From positions 94,614,001 through 94,678,000 of the forward strand of contig NC_087437.1 of the NCBI RefSeq assembly GCF_036321535.1: DNA of 64,000 nt, written 5' to 3'. Below the pieces are notes generated by a model. That model ran no database searches, was not told the DNA's origin, and saw nothing but the letters and a program-made list of their open reading frames with translations. A program made the position numbers and the translations under genes. Position 1 is the stretch's first letter; every line of letters begins with the position of its first letter. The DNA is from Camelus dromedarius (lineage: Eukaryota). This document shows, piece after piece, positions 1 to 13,140 of this stretch.

Positions 1-409
1 AGTCCACTTTCAAGCTGTCATACTAGATTTGAAATGATGTAGTCTTAGTTTTGTGCACCATCGTGTCACTCACTCTTATTTTTAACAAACGGGTTAATGG
101 TCTCTAAGTAGTATTGCAGGGGTGATGATCTAACACCAGCCTTCATCTCATTATGTAAAACAGTACCAGGTCTCCAGAGAAGCTCTAGAAGTATGAGCTG
201 ATTGATGGGATGACTGTCACTCCCAGAATGTAGGTGATCCTGCATAAAATAAGAACGCCGAGTACAACACCGGACACAGAAGTGCCTTGTTTTAACCTTC
301 CATGAACTCGGGAACTGATCACGTGTGAGGCTTAGCTGTGTGGTTAAGGATAACAAATTCAAATTCTTTACTCACCAGTTTTGTGCTTTCACTTACCTAA
401 AGTTCAGGA

Positions 410-1345
410 GCTGCGTGTATGTCTCCACAGCACTTGAAACTCAGCATATTCAAAACCAAACTCATTGATTCTTTCTTAAAATTGCTTCCTCTCATTATTT
501 TCTTATTTTTCTCCGAAACTTTAGTGTTGGCATCTCATGGGCTGCATTTGACCCATTTTCTTTGTTTCTACTTTCAATCTACTGATAAATTCTGATTATT
601 CTGTCTTCAGGATCATTTCTGTTCCACCTTCTTTTCTCATCCTACATGCTGGTTAGAGGTCTTACTATTTGTCATCCATATATTTAATTAAATTACTATT
701 ACTGTCTCCAGTCTTCTTCTATTTCAGTTCCTCCTCATGGCCATGAAAGACTTTTCATTTTGCAAAGCAAATATCTAATCATGGAATCTCAACATACTCG
801 CCATATTACGAACAGTCAAATGATAATAATGACATTAATAATAAAAACAAAGCCCTCTGCAACCCCTCTTTTTGTCTGAATAAAATCCTGATTCTTTGTT
901 CACTCACTAAGACATTCTTCCAGCTTCTCTCTAAATGTTTCCAGTCAGTAACCCTCTTACTCTAGTTTCCACCTTGTCCTACGTGAGCCAGTTACTGTTC
1001 TCCAGATGCCGCTGATCATCCCTTTGTGCACTTGACCACACTGTTCCTATGGCCTGCAACCCCCCTTACCCAGACCTACCTGCCATACTCATCCTTCAAG
1101 ATGTATCTCAGATGCTGACTCTTCTCTGCAATTGTATCTGAAAATCACAACCATAAGTAACCCCATCATTCTGTAAACCCACCACTGTGTACGTGACTGA
1201 CAGCAATCTCTCCCATGTCACGGGTGTCTACCTGTTTGAGCCACTTTCCTAGAGAGTAAATCTGTGGACAGCATCATCTCTGCCTCCTCTTCATCTTCAT
1301 TGCCCCTTATGCCTTTTCTCCAGTAGATAGACTGTTGATGAACAA
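410..1345 (+). mobile_element. L2 LINE, degraded 3' portion
   Basis: L2-like blocks appear in consensus order: 'cacttgaaactcagcatattcaaaaccaaactc', then 'cacactgttcctatggcctgcaac' and 'tactcatccttcaagatgtatctcagatg'. Boundaries approximate. Confidence 0.7.
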
Positions 1346-1454
1346 GATATTGCAAACTATTCTAAACTAGAGTAATTATTCTTGTTATTAAGCAGCCCCT
1401 TCATTTTTCTCTCCAAACCAAACCACCAATTTTTGTCTGCTGAGATGAGGCCCC

Positions 1455-1580
1455 CACCCCTCGCTTTCTCACTCTCTTTCCTTTTTCTTCTCCTCCTCCT
1501 CCTCTTTCTTCTGTTCTTTCTCCTTCTCCTCCCCTTCTCTTCCTCCTCTCTCTCTCCTGTTTCTTCTTCTTCTTCTTTGC
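1455..1580. repeat. CT-rich polypyrimidine low-complexity tract
   Basis: About 120 bp of almost only C/T, with (CTC)n and (TTC)n runs. It explains ORFs 1357..1620 and 1382..1591. Confidence 0.9.
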
Positions 1581-1950
1581 TAGGAGATTGAAAAGGATCC
1601 AAATGGAACAAGAAAGTCAATTAAAAAGAAAGGAATCATATATAGAAAGAAATTTAATAAATTAGAATGTCTTTGGAGATTAATTTTTTTTCATTAATGA
1701 TGACTCTTTATGCAGCAAATTCACACTAATTCCACCTCAACAATGGATTACACAGGAGTTCATTTCAATATAAGAAGATAGTTTTCACAAAATTGAATAT
1801 TTAAAAGGTTATTATAGGGAGGTACTCAGCACGTTAAAGTATTTTAAGAGCTATAAAGTGGAATGTGTGTCCTATTACAATTATATAAGTTTGTCTTACT
1901 GAATAGAGAAAGTTATACCAAAACTTCAAAGGCTTTACCAGGCATCTCTT

Positions 1951-2024
1951 GCACACATATGCACACACACACGCACACACACACACACGAGAAAGAGAAA
2001 GAGAGATGCACACACATACACACA
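1951..2024. repeat. Compound (CA)n/(GA)n microsatellite
   Basis: Directly visible: gcacacacacacgcacacacacacacacgagaaagagaaagagagatgcacacacatacacac. Confidence 0.9.
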
Positions 2025-4197
2025 ACTACTGCTATTTTTTTCTTATTAAAGATTTTGTATTATTAGTAAAATTATACCAGTTGTGAATATTGTCTGGCAA
2101 ACAGAAATAAGAAAAAAATTTTGAACAGAAAGCAGGGAAGACAACATGAAATGTGAAATGTGTATTGTCCATTCCAATACGCTCAGACCATTAAGGGATC
2201 AGTGTCAGTTCAAATGATCAGTCCTTCAATTCCTGAAACAATACTGAAATATAATAATCTATCATAATAGTCATCAGATTAATTCAAACTTCTTTAGAAA
2301 ATGCAACTGTTCTGCATGTATTTTTTTTTCAAATTTCAAGCTGAGAGAAAGATAGCTTTAAATCCCATTTTTACAATTTCTTTGGCTTTAGGTTCTACAT
2401 TTAATGCTTTTTTTTACAGGAAAAATAATCAGGGAATAAATCTTAATGGCATTTTACAATACAAATTATGTTTCTAAATAAAGTATGAATACATATTTAT
2501 ACATTTGTATTGCACTCAGAATTTTTGCTAATATTTTCTCATTTTGTCAACATATTTATTAAAAAAAATATTTCCACAAAAGTTTATGACCTGCAGATAA
2601 TGTATTTTAACCTCATAAAATCAAGGGACAGATAACAAAGATATATATAGAAAGTTTTTTTTATATAAATGCTCATTAGAATTAATATAACCAGTTCAAT
2701 ACCAATATAATACTACATAAAAATTTGATTTACAGATTTTCAAATGTGATTGTTATCAATTTTGTTAATTCTTTGATATTAAGAGTATGACCTGAGTTTA
2801 GACCTTTTTGCGCATCATCACACACTGCTTTATGAAAAAGCTCAGTTTTACAGGATCTCGAAGGGGGCCCAGACCTTGGAAGTTCTGTCATTTATGACCA
2901 AATTCCTTCTGTGCCTTGTGAAAGTAAAGCTAGTAAATTTACATAAGAACATAAAACCTCCTGCTCAAGCCATAAGATGGCTATTCTGTCAAAGTTTATC
3001 CCAAATGAAAGAAGTCTTTGTTGAATAAATTGTAACAATTTCTGACTTTTTAATAGACAAATGCAGACAATGGCCATTGTTTTAAAATACGATGGGAAAA
3101 ACATGCTTCCATTTATCATGCTTTTCTGCAATAGACTGGAAACAGATTTCCCAGAGAAAATACAAAGTTATAAACAGGCTCTGGGAGTTGCTGCTTTTTC
3201 ACTCATTTCTTTCTCTGAGTATATCATCCCCCTCCCTTTACACACACCCCATCCACCATAGGGCGCTTAGGATTTTGTTATTTATAGAGGGGATGATTGA
3301 AGACATGTTGAAGTAACTTACCTGGGGGCACTCAGCCTCCATTGATCTAAGAGTTTCCTGAGAGCTGCTCTATCACTGGACAGCATCATGCTTTATTCCC
3401 CTGAGCCTGGCTGGTAGTTTCACTCCGAATAAGGCAAGCAAAAGACTACACTTTCCTGAAGGGGATGTGTGTTACAGTTCGAGCTATCTGATTCAAATAG
3501 CTTTGTCCAACCTTACCTTTTTAAGTCAGTATAGTGTGTCATGGTTATTTAAAACAACTGTGCATATTTCCCAAACTCAATTAAAGGGAAAAGGGACACT
3601 GTTGAATATACTCGAAACTGATAATGACCATTATTAGTAACTGGAAGTCACATGGCCTTGAAAACATATATGTTAAGAAACTTAAGAAAAATAGAGATTG
3701 GGGTTGCAAAAAAAAAAACTTTTTTTTTTACAGCTGCTGCCGTAGGATTAAGAATACTTCTTGCCTGACTAACCTGAAAACAAGATGAAAAAGAATTTAA
3801 TGAGTTTAGGCTAAAAAAAACTAATCCTTTCACTGAGTTTGACTGGTGCGTGAACATTTTTTCCTAGTTGATTCTCAAAATTCTGATAGCAAGGGAGCGA
3901 ACACAGCTGACTGTTTCTCTTTCACCTCATTTGGTCTGTCTGCTGACAGAATGGACCAGTTGGCATGGAGACACTCAGTTCTAAGAGTCATCAGCATTAT
4001 CTGCTTGAGTGGTCATGGTATCAGACCTGCACTTTATTCCATACTCCTTCAGAAAACATCAATGCCAAGAATTGACTTTCTGCCCTGCTCTGTTCTGAAA
4101 GATGAAAGGCAGGATTTCTAAAACTGTGCTGGGTTAGTGAAAAAGTCATCAATGGAGAGCTTCATGGACCGACTGAGAAAACAAAAATATTTTAGAG

Positions 4198-4397
4198 CAG
4201 AGCTGGGCAAATGTTATCTGTAAAATCTTTGCAGCTTTGTGAGCCGCACCGTCTCTGTCACAACCTCTCAGCCCCACCATTGCAACAGGAATGCAGCCAC
4301 AGGCAACACATAAACAAAAGAGCGTGGCGGTGTTCCGATAAAATGTGTTCACCAAACGAGGGGAAGGGCTGTGCCATCCGTGGTTCGCCAAACCCTG
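4198..4397 (+). mobile_element. MER58A-like hAT-Charlie non-autonomous DNA transposon
   Basis: Starts 'cagagctgggcaaa' and ends 'ttcgccaaaccctg' (degenerate terminal inverted repeats). The interior 'gtggcggtgttccgataaaa' matches the recalled MER58A consensus. Confidence 0.8.
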
Positions 4398-6459
4398 CGT
4401 TGGAGGCATGGTGTCTCCAAAAATTCGTCAGCCAAAAGTAGGATGTATGTCATGATTTAAGGTGTGTGCTTGGGTGGTGAGAGGTGAGGAAGGTGAGACA
4501 GAAGGAGAAAAGAGGGGAAGGGAAGGGAGCAGAGGGAAGAAGAGAGGAGACACACTCAGATTATGTTCTGAATGTACCAATATTACATGGCTGATTGACA
4601 TGATCTCTTGAAATGTCCCTTTAGAGCCCCATTCAGGGGCCCCCATTTAGCCCCCCTTGCTAAAATACATACGGCTTTGAAATCGATCATAGACTAGCCC
4701 ATAAGCAGAAAACTATGGGTAAGCACTTAGGGTTTCTCAGTCTTATTTGAATGCAGACCTCATTAATACCATCCCTTCCTGCCCTCCCCACTTTAAAAAC
4801 TGATTAATGAAACAAATGTTTTCTAAAGGCCACTTTGAATAATAGAACTTTAATTCACATTTGTGACAAGGAATCACATCAGATTTCAGTGGGGAGGATG
4901 ATATGGAGTCCGGGGGACCGTGGAAGGGGGAAAGTGTGGTCAGGGTCTTTCAGAAGCAGGACTTTCACTGCAGCCAACTAAGTAGAAAATGAGAGGAGCA
5001 GTAAGTGGCACTCACTGAGGACAAATGAAAACTTGCCAGTGCCACCAAAAGCGATCTTTGGTACCTCGTGCAAGTATGTGACATGTTCCATGACAAAGCT
5101 CACACTAACATAAAACCATTTGTTTCCTTATTTTATTGATACTTTATTTTTTTAAAAAATTCTAATAATATCTATGTTTAGTTATTTGCTTATAGTCATT
5201 GTTTTTAAACATAAATTGAGTAAAGAGAAAGGTTATATATATTTAATCCATAATAAATAGACTGTAATATTAAAATATGAAATGAAATGAAATGAAATAA
5301 ATATAATTTAAAAGAGAAAAAAATGACCTACAGATTGGAAAGATTTTTTTAATGAATTATTATAGCTCATTTTTAACTTTAATTTGAGCTGCAGTTATCA
5401 TTCTTTAAATAACCCAGGGCTATTTTTAATTACTTTATAATTTCTTGATATAATTATGTTTTCACTGGCTTAAATTACTTTTAGAGATTGGTTTTGGAAT
5501 GGGGGTATTTGTTAATAAGTAAACAAGAAATATAATTGAGTAATATTTGTTACATAATTTTTCACAGGGTAAGTGGAACCACAAGTCTTCCTGTCTCTAC
5601 AATTAACTGTGGTACCATATCTTAAAACTATTTTTTAGGGAAAGGGAGTCTGCACAAGTACTTAAATAAGATTCTCTTATTCTAAATACACTTGAACTTA
5701 AATTATGTATTATAAAAGATAAGCAACAGCAAAGTTGAAGTAGGGACCAAGTAGTGATGTAAAATGATGGATTTATGATAACATAGTTTTACATTTTTAT
5801 TATAAATAGAATATATTTTATATACATGGTACACTTACTTCTTCCAAACTAGAATGTAAATAAGAAAAATGTATCTATCTATATGTATTAAAGTTATAAA
5901 CTAAAAAATAATTTAGCAGAAGCAGAGCAGAGTAAAATATTGTCTTTGCAAGAAAATCAAAAGGTAACACAAATGCTTCTGTAAATTATTTTTTCACATT
6001 TCAGTGAACACTATTTCTTACTTGTTATTTGTTGATATTATGGGCTTTTCAAATTATTGCTTTCCACCAAGAAAGTAAAATACAGTTTTAGTCATTCTAG
6101 TTGTAGAGAGAGAAGTTTTTGATGATAGTTTTACAGAGGCACTTGGATAACATTTCTTGACAAAGATCCTTAGAAAATAAAATATTTTACCTGAGTTCTC
6201 TATTTCTACCTACCATTTTACATGAATCACACTCTCTTGGTCTTTAATAACTAGAAGAGACTTTTTTTTTTCTTTTACAATTCGTGATTTTTAAAAGTAA
6301 AACCTATCAACTTCAAAAATAATGGAAAATTATTTTTATAGTACTTACCATTTTTACAGAAATAAGTTAATTTGTCTTTAAAAGCATCTGTGTTAGTAAC
6401 TTTTGTATTGCAGATATTGAAAAGGTACCAAAATAAAATACCTGCCTATTTTTAAAATT

Positions 6460-6473
6460 CCACTAGAGGGCAA
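6460..6473 (+). promoter_or_regulatory. Candidate CTCF binding motif
   Basis: CCACTAGAGGGCAA matches the core consensus CCASYAGRKGGCRS at 13 of 14 positions. Binding cannot be shown from sequence. Confidence 0.45.
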
Positions 6474-7752
6474 CATGTACCAAGATTTTTGTCCATTTGT
6501 AGTTTCAAAGGGAAACATAACCAGTTTTATTCATCATAGAGAAATGTCATTGATTTAATATTTAGCATCATTCAGTATTAATTGTTATCTTTATGATGCA
6601 CATGTGGTCTGAGTGAATACTATCTTATTTATAAAGGATAGTTGTATGGGTGTTACTCCATCTGATTTTAATTAGCTATAATCAACACTTTTCAGTTACC
6701 ATAATTACTAGAATAAATACCAAATAAAAAAGGCATTATTTTATATGTAATGAGTTCATGTGGTGAGGCATTTAATGTCATATGTGTTTTAGATTGTAAA
6801 TACATATAAACAATTCTAGTTTAAAGAAAAATGAAGTAAAACCTGTAGGAGATACTGATCATAAATTTGAAATTCAATTTTGAAGAAATAAAAGCATTTG
6901 CTCATTATACATCCTGGGGGATTATTTTAACCATGAGTAGGAAGGCCGGTTGAATGGTATGTCAGTGTACTACTTCGTGATCCTTGCTGAGAAGGAATCT
7001 GCTTAAAGCTGAGAGGATCGCCATGTTTTGTAAGTTTTCCCCAACAGCACTCTGCTTACAGCCTGTCCTCTTCAATCCCCTATTTCTCCACCTACCCACT
7101 AAAATTTACAAAAGTATCTCTAAATATAGATGGTTGTCACTAAGACACCGATATTAGAAAGAGCACAATGCTTTTGTTTCCAAATATGTTTTCTGTAGGA
7201 GAGATCAAAGCAACATTGAAAGAAGGGGAAAGGGAGGAGGCACAGAACCAGCTTTGGAAAACGATTGCATGGGTTTTAACAGAGTCGTATTTAGAAACAA
7301 AAAAAATGTATAAAAAGCATATACACAGGATAATGTATTTTAAAACTCTATTGCAGACATATAGGAATAGATGTTTGTCACCTACTGCAATAAAATAGTA
7401 ATACTTTCCCCATATTTCTTGTTTGGTAATAACATATTTAAAGACTATCTTTACACTCATAAAAATAAGAGGTGCCCATTGTATTAAAAAATTAAGCAGC
7501 AAAGATTTATTTTCACTCTTATCAAATCATCCCCCCTGACAAACTATCATCTTTAACATGCATATTATACAAATAGATAGCTGGACCGGGTTTTAAGTCC
7601 TTAAGTGTGCATAAATTATTTAATTCTTCTACTTCCCTATGCAATGAGTCCAATTTTTTTCATTTCATAGGTGAGACAATGGAGGCATTTTTGTTAATAA
7701 TATAGATAATTAGAAAAATAAAGAGATGTATATACTGAGATACATAAGCATA

Positions 7753-7791
<39 letters not shown>

Positions 7792-7793
7792 AT
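7753..7793. repeat. (TAAA)n tetranucleotide microsatellite
   Basis: About 10 perfect TAAA units. Confidence 0.95.
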
Positions 7794-7869
7794 ATTCAGT
7801 TCCCAGTGATACTTCTAAAATTAAGAAAAGATTATTTTAAAAACTTTTAAAAATTGAATTATTTTGGCC

Positions 7870-9430
7870 TCATATTTCAAATTTAAATAGTATCTGTTCC
7901 CAGCAATGAATGATAGAAATTAGGACCCTTGCACACAGCCATTCCTCCCCATATCTTAATTATCCTTAATTTTATTAAGATTTTCATAGTTTCAAAGTTT
8001 GTAACATTCCCTTTTCATTCCGTGACCAGAATTCACATGGTCGTTTAGCCTTATATTTGAATTTAAATAGATCATGCCCATTCTTTACCAGAATTTCACT
8101 TTTGAAATGTTTAATTCTTGACCTTCTTGAAATCTTCTAAAATATTTTTTTCAAGAAAGAATCATGTATTCCCCAAGTATTCTTGTGAATTCCTATTATC
8201 TTTATATTTAGAATTCAGTTGTCAGGGTACACTTTGAATAAGTATTTCCTTTCTCCTCTGTCTTTAAGCAAGTGTGTTACTCTGGAAAACTCAGATCAAT
8301 AAGATTTTCTCTCTTGAACCTGATCAGCTCCTTTTTGTCCATATTACTATATGATTCTTTATATATTAAAAATATTAAATTTAATTTATTTGCTCAATAA
8401 ACACTAATAGCTTTGATGTTTCAGTGTAGTCGCTGGGAATACAGTGGGGTTAAAAAAGACTCCCTTCTTGGAGCACACATTCTAACTGGGGAGAGAGGCA
8501 ATAAACAAATATCTATTTATTTGTCTGTCTATCTATCTATCCATCCCATGTCAAACAGTGATCATTCAGTGCTTCAGGAAAAAAAGATATGTAAAACAAG
8601 GTGCAGAATCATGGACCAGGTGTTAGTGGTGATGCCATTTGAAGTAGGGTCATTAGTGCTGCCTTGCTGTTAGGAGACATGGGAATGAATCAGCTATGAG
8701 GGTATCTGTGGGCAAAACCCACAAAGCAATCGTTTCATATACCTTTTTCCTGGAATAACTGTTTCCTTTCAATGTGTAGCTTCAAATACTCATTTAATCA
8801 AAGTTTATACTTTGCCTGTTATGTTTTTGAATTATTTTCTGCTCCTTTTTATTTTTGTACACTTCTTTATGAAAACTAACCCAATGAAGGTCGAAAGTGC
8901 ATCGTATGACTCCACTGTTACGTGTAATAGTACAGCTTTGCTCTCTTTTGTTTTGTTTTGTATGAATTCCTCATGCCTGAGTACCCCAAATCTGTGGTAG
9001 GTTGTGTTTTTCTCCTTTTCCTTCTTTCTTCCCCTCCTCCTCTTCCATCTCCTCTTCTTTCCCTTTAAGTGTGGCTGTTTGTCCTTAGTTTTTTCTTCAA
9101 ACTGTGTCATCTCACTTTTAATTCTCTTATTTTGTCTTGAAATATGTCCTCCCTACCTTCCTTCCTTCTTTCTCTAGTTCTTTTTTTAGTATATGTTTTC
9201 TTAATGGTCTTTTTGTTATTCTGTTTTTTAAAATATATATATAAAACTTCACTTAAGCTAAAGAGAAATTTTTATCTAAAGGACCTATTTTTGTGACTTT
9301 TAAGTGATATGTAATTTTAATGTGTTTTTTGTTGTTTTTTCATTTTTTAGATTATATTTTTTCTGGGTCTTTATGTAAGTTTTATGCTGATTTTTTTTTT
9401 CCTACTTAAAACTCACTTTTGAACATGGCT
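7870..9430 (-). mobile_element. Very old L1/HAL1-like fragments interrupted by L2 pieces
   Basis: T-rich, highly degenerate sequence resembling antisense ancient L1. An L2 3' end lies on the minus strand at ~8380-8720 ('gctgggaatacagtgggg...ttggagcacacattctaactggggagagaggcaataaacaaata'). Confidence 0.4.
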
Positions 9431-10120
9431 GCCTCTTCGCTGAAAAAAACTGTGAGGCTGAAGGGAAGAAATGGTAGGGAAGGATATCCCTGAGCAGTCC
9501 AAAATCTGCATTTCTTCATGGGCTGTTTAAAATCTAAAGTTTAGCTCTAACATGACTTTTAGAGTGATGAATCCAAAAAGTCACATGTACTTAAGACAGA
9601 ATTTCATAGTTTTGGCCATGATTGTCAAACTGATCTTTGGTATGGAATTCATAACTGGTTTGATTTTTGAATCTATATTAAATTAATGAGAAAAAAGCAA
9701 ACTTTTTAAACAAATTTTCTGATATTTTTAAGATGAAAAAAACAAAAAATCAGAAAGCACCAGTTAATTTTACCTTCAGTTTGATCCTTTTGGAAATTAC
9801 GTTTTTAAGATCCATGTCATCAGCCCCTCACATGGTATCTGACAGCATAGATGCTTGAGTATGTTTGCTAAGCAGATTATTTTTTAAATTCTGTTTTATT
9901 AACATCTATCATTTTTATACATTCAGTATAAAGTTTCATCATATATTATAAATTCTAAAATATAACAATAATTATTTTTCTTGAGTTTGGGCCTGTAAAA
10001 TTCTAAATCCAAAATAATATTTGGTGTTTGTGTAGGAAATGTATTTTTGAAATTTAACTAATAATTAAAAGGAAGTATGAATAGCTATTAAAACTAAGAA
10101 GAATATGGTTTTAAATTTTA

Positions 10121-10274
10121 TTTTAATTAAAAAAAATTTTTTTGGCTGGGGGAGGTAATTAGGTTTGTTTATTTATTTATTTATTTATTTATTTTAATGG
10201 AGGTACTGGGGATTGAACCCAGGACCTCATGCATGCTAAGCATAAACACTACCTCTGAGCTATACCCTCCCTCC
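10121..10274 (-). mobile_element. Camelid tRNA-Ala-derived SINE (Vic-1 type), full length
   Basis: The reverse complement reads gggagggtatagctcagaggtag...cttagcatgcatgaggtcctgggttcaatccccagtacctcca, then (TAAA)n, then acctaattacctcccc and an A tail. A- and B-box-like motifs are present. Probable 16-bp TSD at 10105-10120 and 10275-10290 (2 mismatches). Confidence 0.9.
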
Positions 10275-12260
10275 TTGTTTTTAAATTTTAAATAATATCC
10301 TACATTTTTTATCTACAGTAATTCTCTTCTATTGTAGGTATTTATTTTGGAGATTTTTTTCTTTTTTTTAGTGAAGATTTGATTTAAATGATACCTGACT
10401 TCTTGTCTTTAAAATGTTTTATATTTGCTTCTTATCAATTGTTAGTATTTTGGCTTCCTTTTATACTTTAAAGTCTAAAATTGGACATTATTTAGTTACC
10501 CAAAGTAATATTGACTCATGCTCTCAGTTTCTGATATGAAATGACTATCATGGAAGTGTAACAGGAATTTTAATATTAATAGTATTGAGGATTTAGTCAA
10601 GTGACTCTACAGTAAGAAATTATTTTAAAATTATTATATCAATCTCACAAATCTATACCTTAATTCAAGGCAGAATTAAAGAATTTATAAATTGTGAGTC
10701 TCATGCTAATTCATGCAATGCTAAGATAAATATCTTTGCTCATTTTATGGAAAAAAATAACTCACAAATGGCTTACAGAAGCTTAATTATGTAACTTTAG
10801 ATTGCACCCTACTGCCTCTTTTGTGGTGTAAAAACATACAACTTAAAGGCTCTCCAATCCCTAGTCCCTTTGACATGTACCCACTATCTTGAAGAAGCCT
10901 CCAATGTGAGTGACAGCCAGAAAATAACAGCTGGTCTAGAGTGTTTAGGTTGGAATTCAGTTTTAGTCCTCTAGTCTGACTGCTGCTGTAGGTATCGGCA
11001 GACGCCTTATAGAAGTGCCCATTCCCCTGTTCACATGAAACAGCCTTTTCCAAACTGCAAACCATCCTCAAAACACCAACTGTCCACTCACAGATCAGAT
11101 CACTGTACCTCCTTTCCTCTTCGGCCCAGGAATCTGGAATCAGGAATCTAATTATTCTCTTTTTAGGCTTTCAAAATAATAAAATATCAGATTCGATCAC
11201 TTTCCTGGAAATTATAACCATCATATTCTCTCCCACCCCATCAACTGACTTCCCATGTGGAAGAAGGATACCATTAGACCGTAACAAATTCACGCTTTTA
11301 AGGATGATGGCCAAAGTTAATGCAGGGTACCTCTCTTACTGCAGAAGAGAAAAGAATGATCAGTTTAATCAACTTCTTGTCACTCCTCAGCTTTGCTCCT
11401 TAGTTTTTATGTAGATGCTGAAGATGCTACGGTTTCATGAATTTTACAAATCTATTACTGGCAACAGCAATTCATGACAGAGCCAGGGTAGTGTTTCACA
11501 GACAGTTCTATTTCAGCACCTCCATTTACTAACATCTTCAAGTCATACAGAAGCTCCCTGGAGCTCATTACCATCTTTCCATCCCACTGTCAGGAGCGCA
11601 GCTGAGCTGGAGAGAGTGGAACTGCCAGGTGTTGGAGTAGTCAAGCCAAAAGTGGAAGTGAACAGTCAATCTTTAAATGGGTACCGCAGTAGTATAAACA
11701 AGAGGCTGAAACCAGAGCAAGTGGCTCTCTCCCCCACCTCTCCTTCCATTTTTTTTTCCCCCATTGAATGGTATGGACCAAAGCTAAGGTGGATCAGCAT
11801 GGACTTGGGGGTCTGGGAGACCTGAATAAAAGGGTTTTGATGTTCAATGGACCTGAGCCAGAGAAAGGGAGAGGGGGAAGGGATAGAACTGGTAATTAGT
11901 GAGTATTAAGATGTATAGAAAAAAGTATCTTCAAGGCTTCCTGCTCTTCCCCTAACTCCCCGTCCCCAGGAAGGAAGTTTTAGCAGAGGCACCTGAGGAA
12001 AGCCAAAGACCCTACTTAAAGAAGTCCCTGAACGAAGGAGCCTGAGCCAGGAATGCAAAAACACCTAAGCACAGGGCTGCCCAGAGGGGGCCACTTCCTT
12101 GACCACAACTCAGTGCCTGCAGTCCTTGGCTGTGCACTCAGTGGTATGGAGAGGGCAGCTGTCCCCTGTGGGGCACGCCAGCAAAGACTTCCGGTAATTT
12201 GTCTCTCTCTGTCTGCCCTACATCACTTAGTATGATATGGAATTACTTATTTATGCATTC

Positions 12261-12595
12261 TCAAAAAATGACACAAATGAACTTATTGACAAAACAGAAA
12301 CAGACTCACAGACATAGAAAACAGACTAATGGTTACCAAAGCAGGGTGGAGGGGGATAAATTAGGAGTTTGGGAATAGCAGATACAAACTACTATATGCA
12401 AAATAGATAAACAACAGTGTCCTACTGTATAGCACAGGGAGCTATATTCAAAAGCTTGTAATAACCTATAATGAAATGAATATATGTCTGTATAATTGAA
12501 TCACTGTGCTGTACACCAGAAATTAACACAAGATTGTAAATCAGCTATACTTTTATTTAAAAAAAAGTACAAACTTTGAAATAGGAAAAAAAAAA
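12261..12595 (+). mobile_element. L1 3' UTR fragment (artiodactyl/camelid type), 5'-truncated
   Basis: 'acagaaacagactcacagacatagaaaac...tcctactgtatagcacaggg...tgctgtacaccagaaattaacaca' followed by A-rich tails. Confidence 0.85.
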
Positions 12596-12859
12596 GGACT
12601 TCCTGTTATTACCTTTGTAATTGTCACTCAGGCCAGGCCTGCAAAACCTCAGAGAGGTTCTTTAACCAGCTTCTAAGCAATCTCCTCTACTCTCTTTCCA
12701 TTTCCTCCCTCCTCAATTGTCACGCCTCTGGTTTGGGTTATTTCTCTTTAAATATATGAGCTGCTAATGCGAGAGTGGTCAAAACAACTGGAATAGTTCA
12801 GAGATTTATAGTTAAAGGGTAAAATGAGTTTGTTATTATGCAGAGATGAGGAGGAACCC

Positions 12860-13140
12860 GCCTCATGAAGGTGGAGGAAAGGAGTGGAGTCTGGGAAGAA
12901 CCTGTTCAAAGGTGCTGATCCAACGGGGGAAAACGGTGACTTGGGTTTGCCTGGAGTGCAGCGTGTAAGGCAAGGAGAGGCAAGAGATGTTCAAAGAGGC
13001 CAAACTATGAAGGACCACACACACCTACTACACAAAAATGTAAAGTTTTCTTTTTTTCAGTAAGACAGAAAATGATTGAAAACTTTTAATAGTAAATCAT
13101 ATGATCACATTTATATTTTAAGAACATACCCAGGCCAAAG
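12860..13140 (-). mobile_element. L2 fragment
   Basis: Purine-rich antisense L2 pattern ending 'atatgatcacatttatattttaagaacat'. Confidence 0.55.

Noticed and set aside
1357..1620. Glu/Arg/Lys-rich ORF and the overlapping Leu/Phe/Ser-rich ORF
   Set aside because: Both are translations of a polypyrimidine tract, with no splice or homology support.
7140..7502. Longest ORF (120 aa, minus) and the overlapping plus-strand ORF
   Set aside because: Composition is that of AT-rich non-coding DNA, with no recognisable domain or convincing splice sites. This length is expected by chance.
9561..9636. Possible C/D box snoRNA (GTGATGA at 9564, CTGA at 9630)
   Set aside because: The terminal stem is only 3 bp and I could not identify a convincing rRNA or snRNA guide. 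Such motif pairs occur by chance.
10121..10274. Functional tRNA-Ala gene (also considered for 32080-32158)
   Set aside because: A-rich tails, TSDs and stem mismatches identify these as SINE copies.
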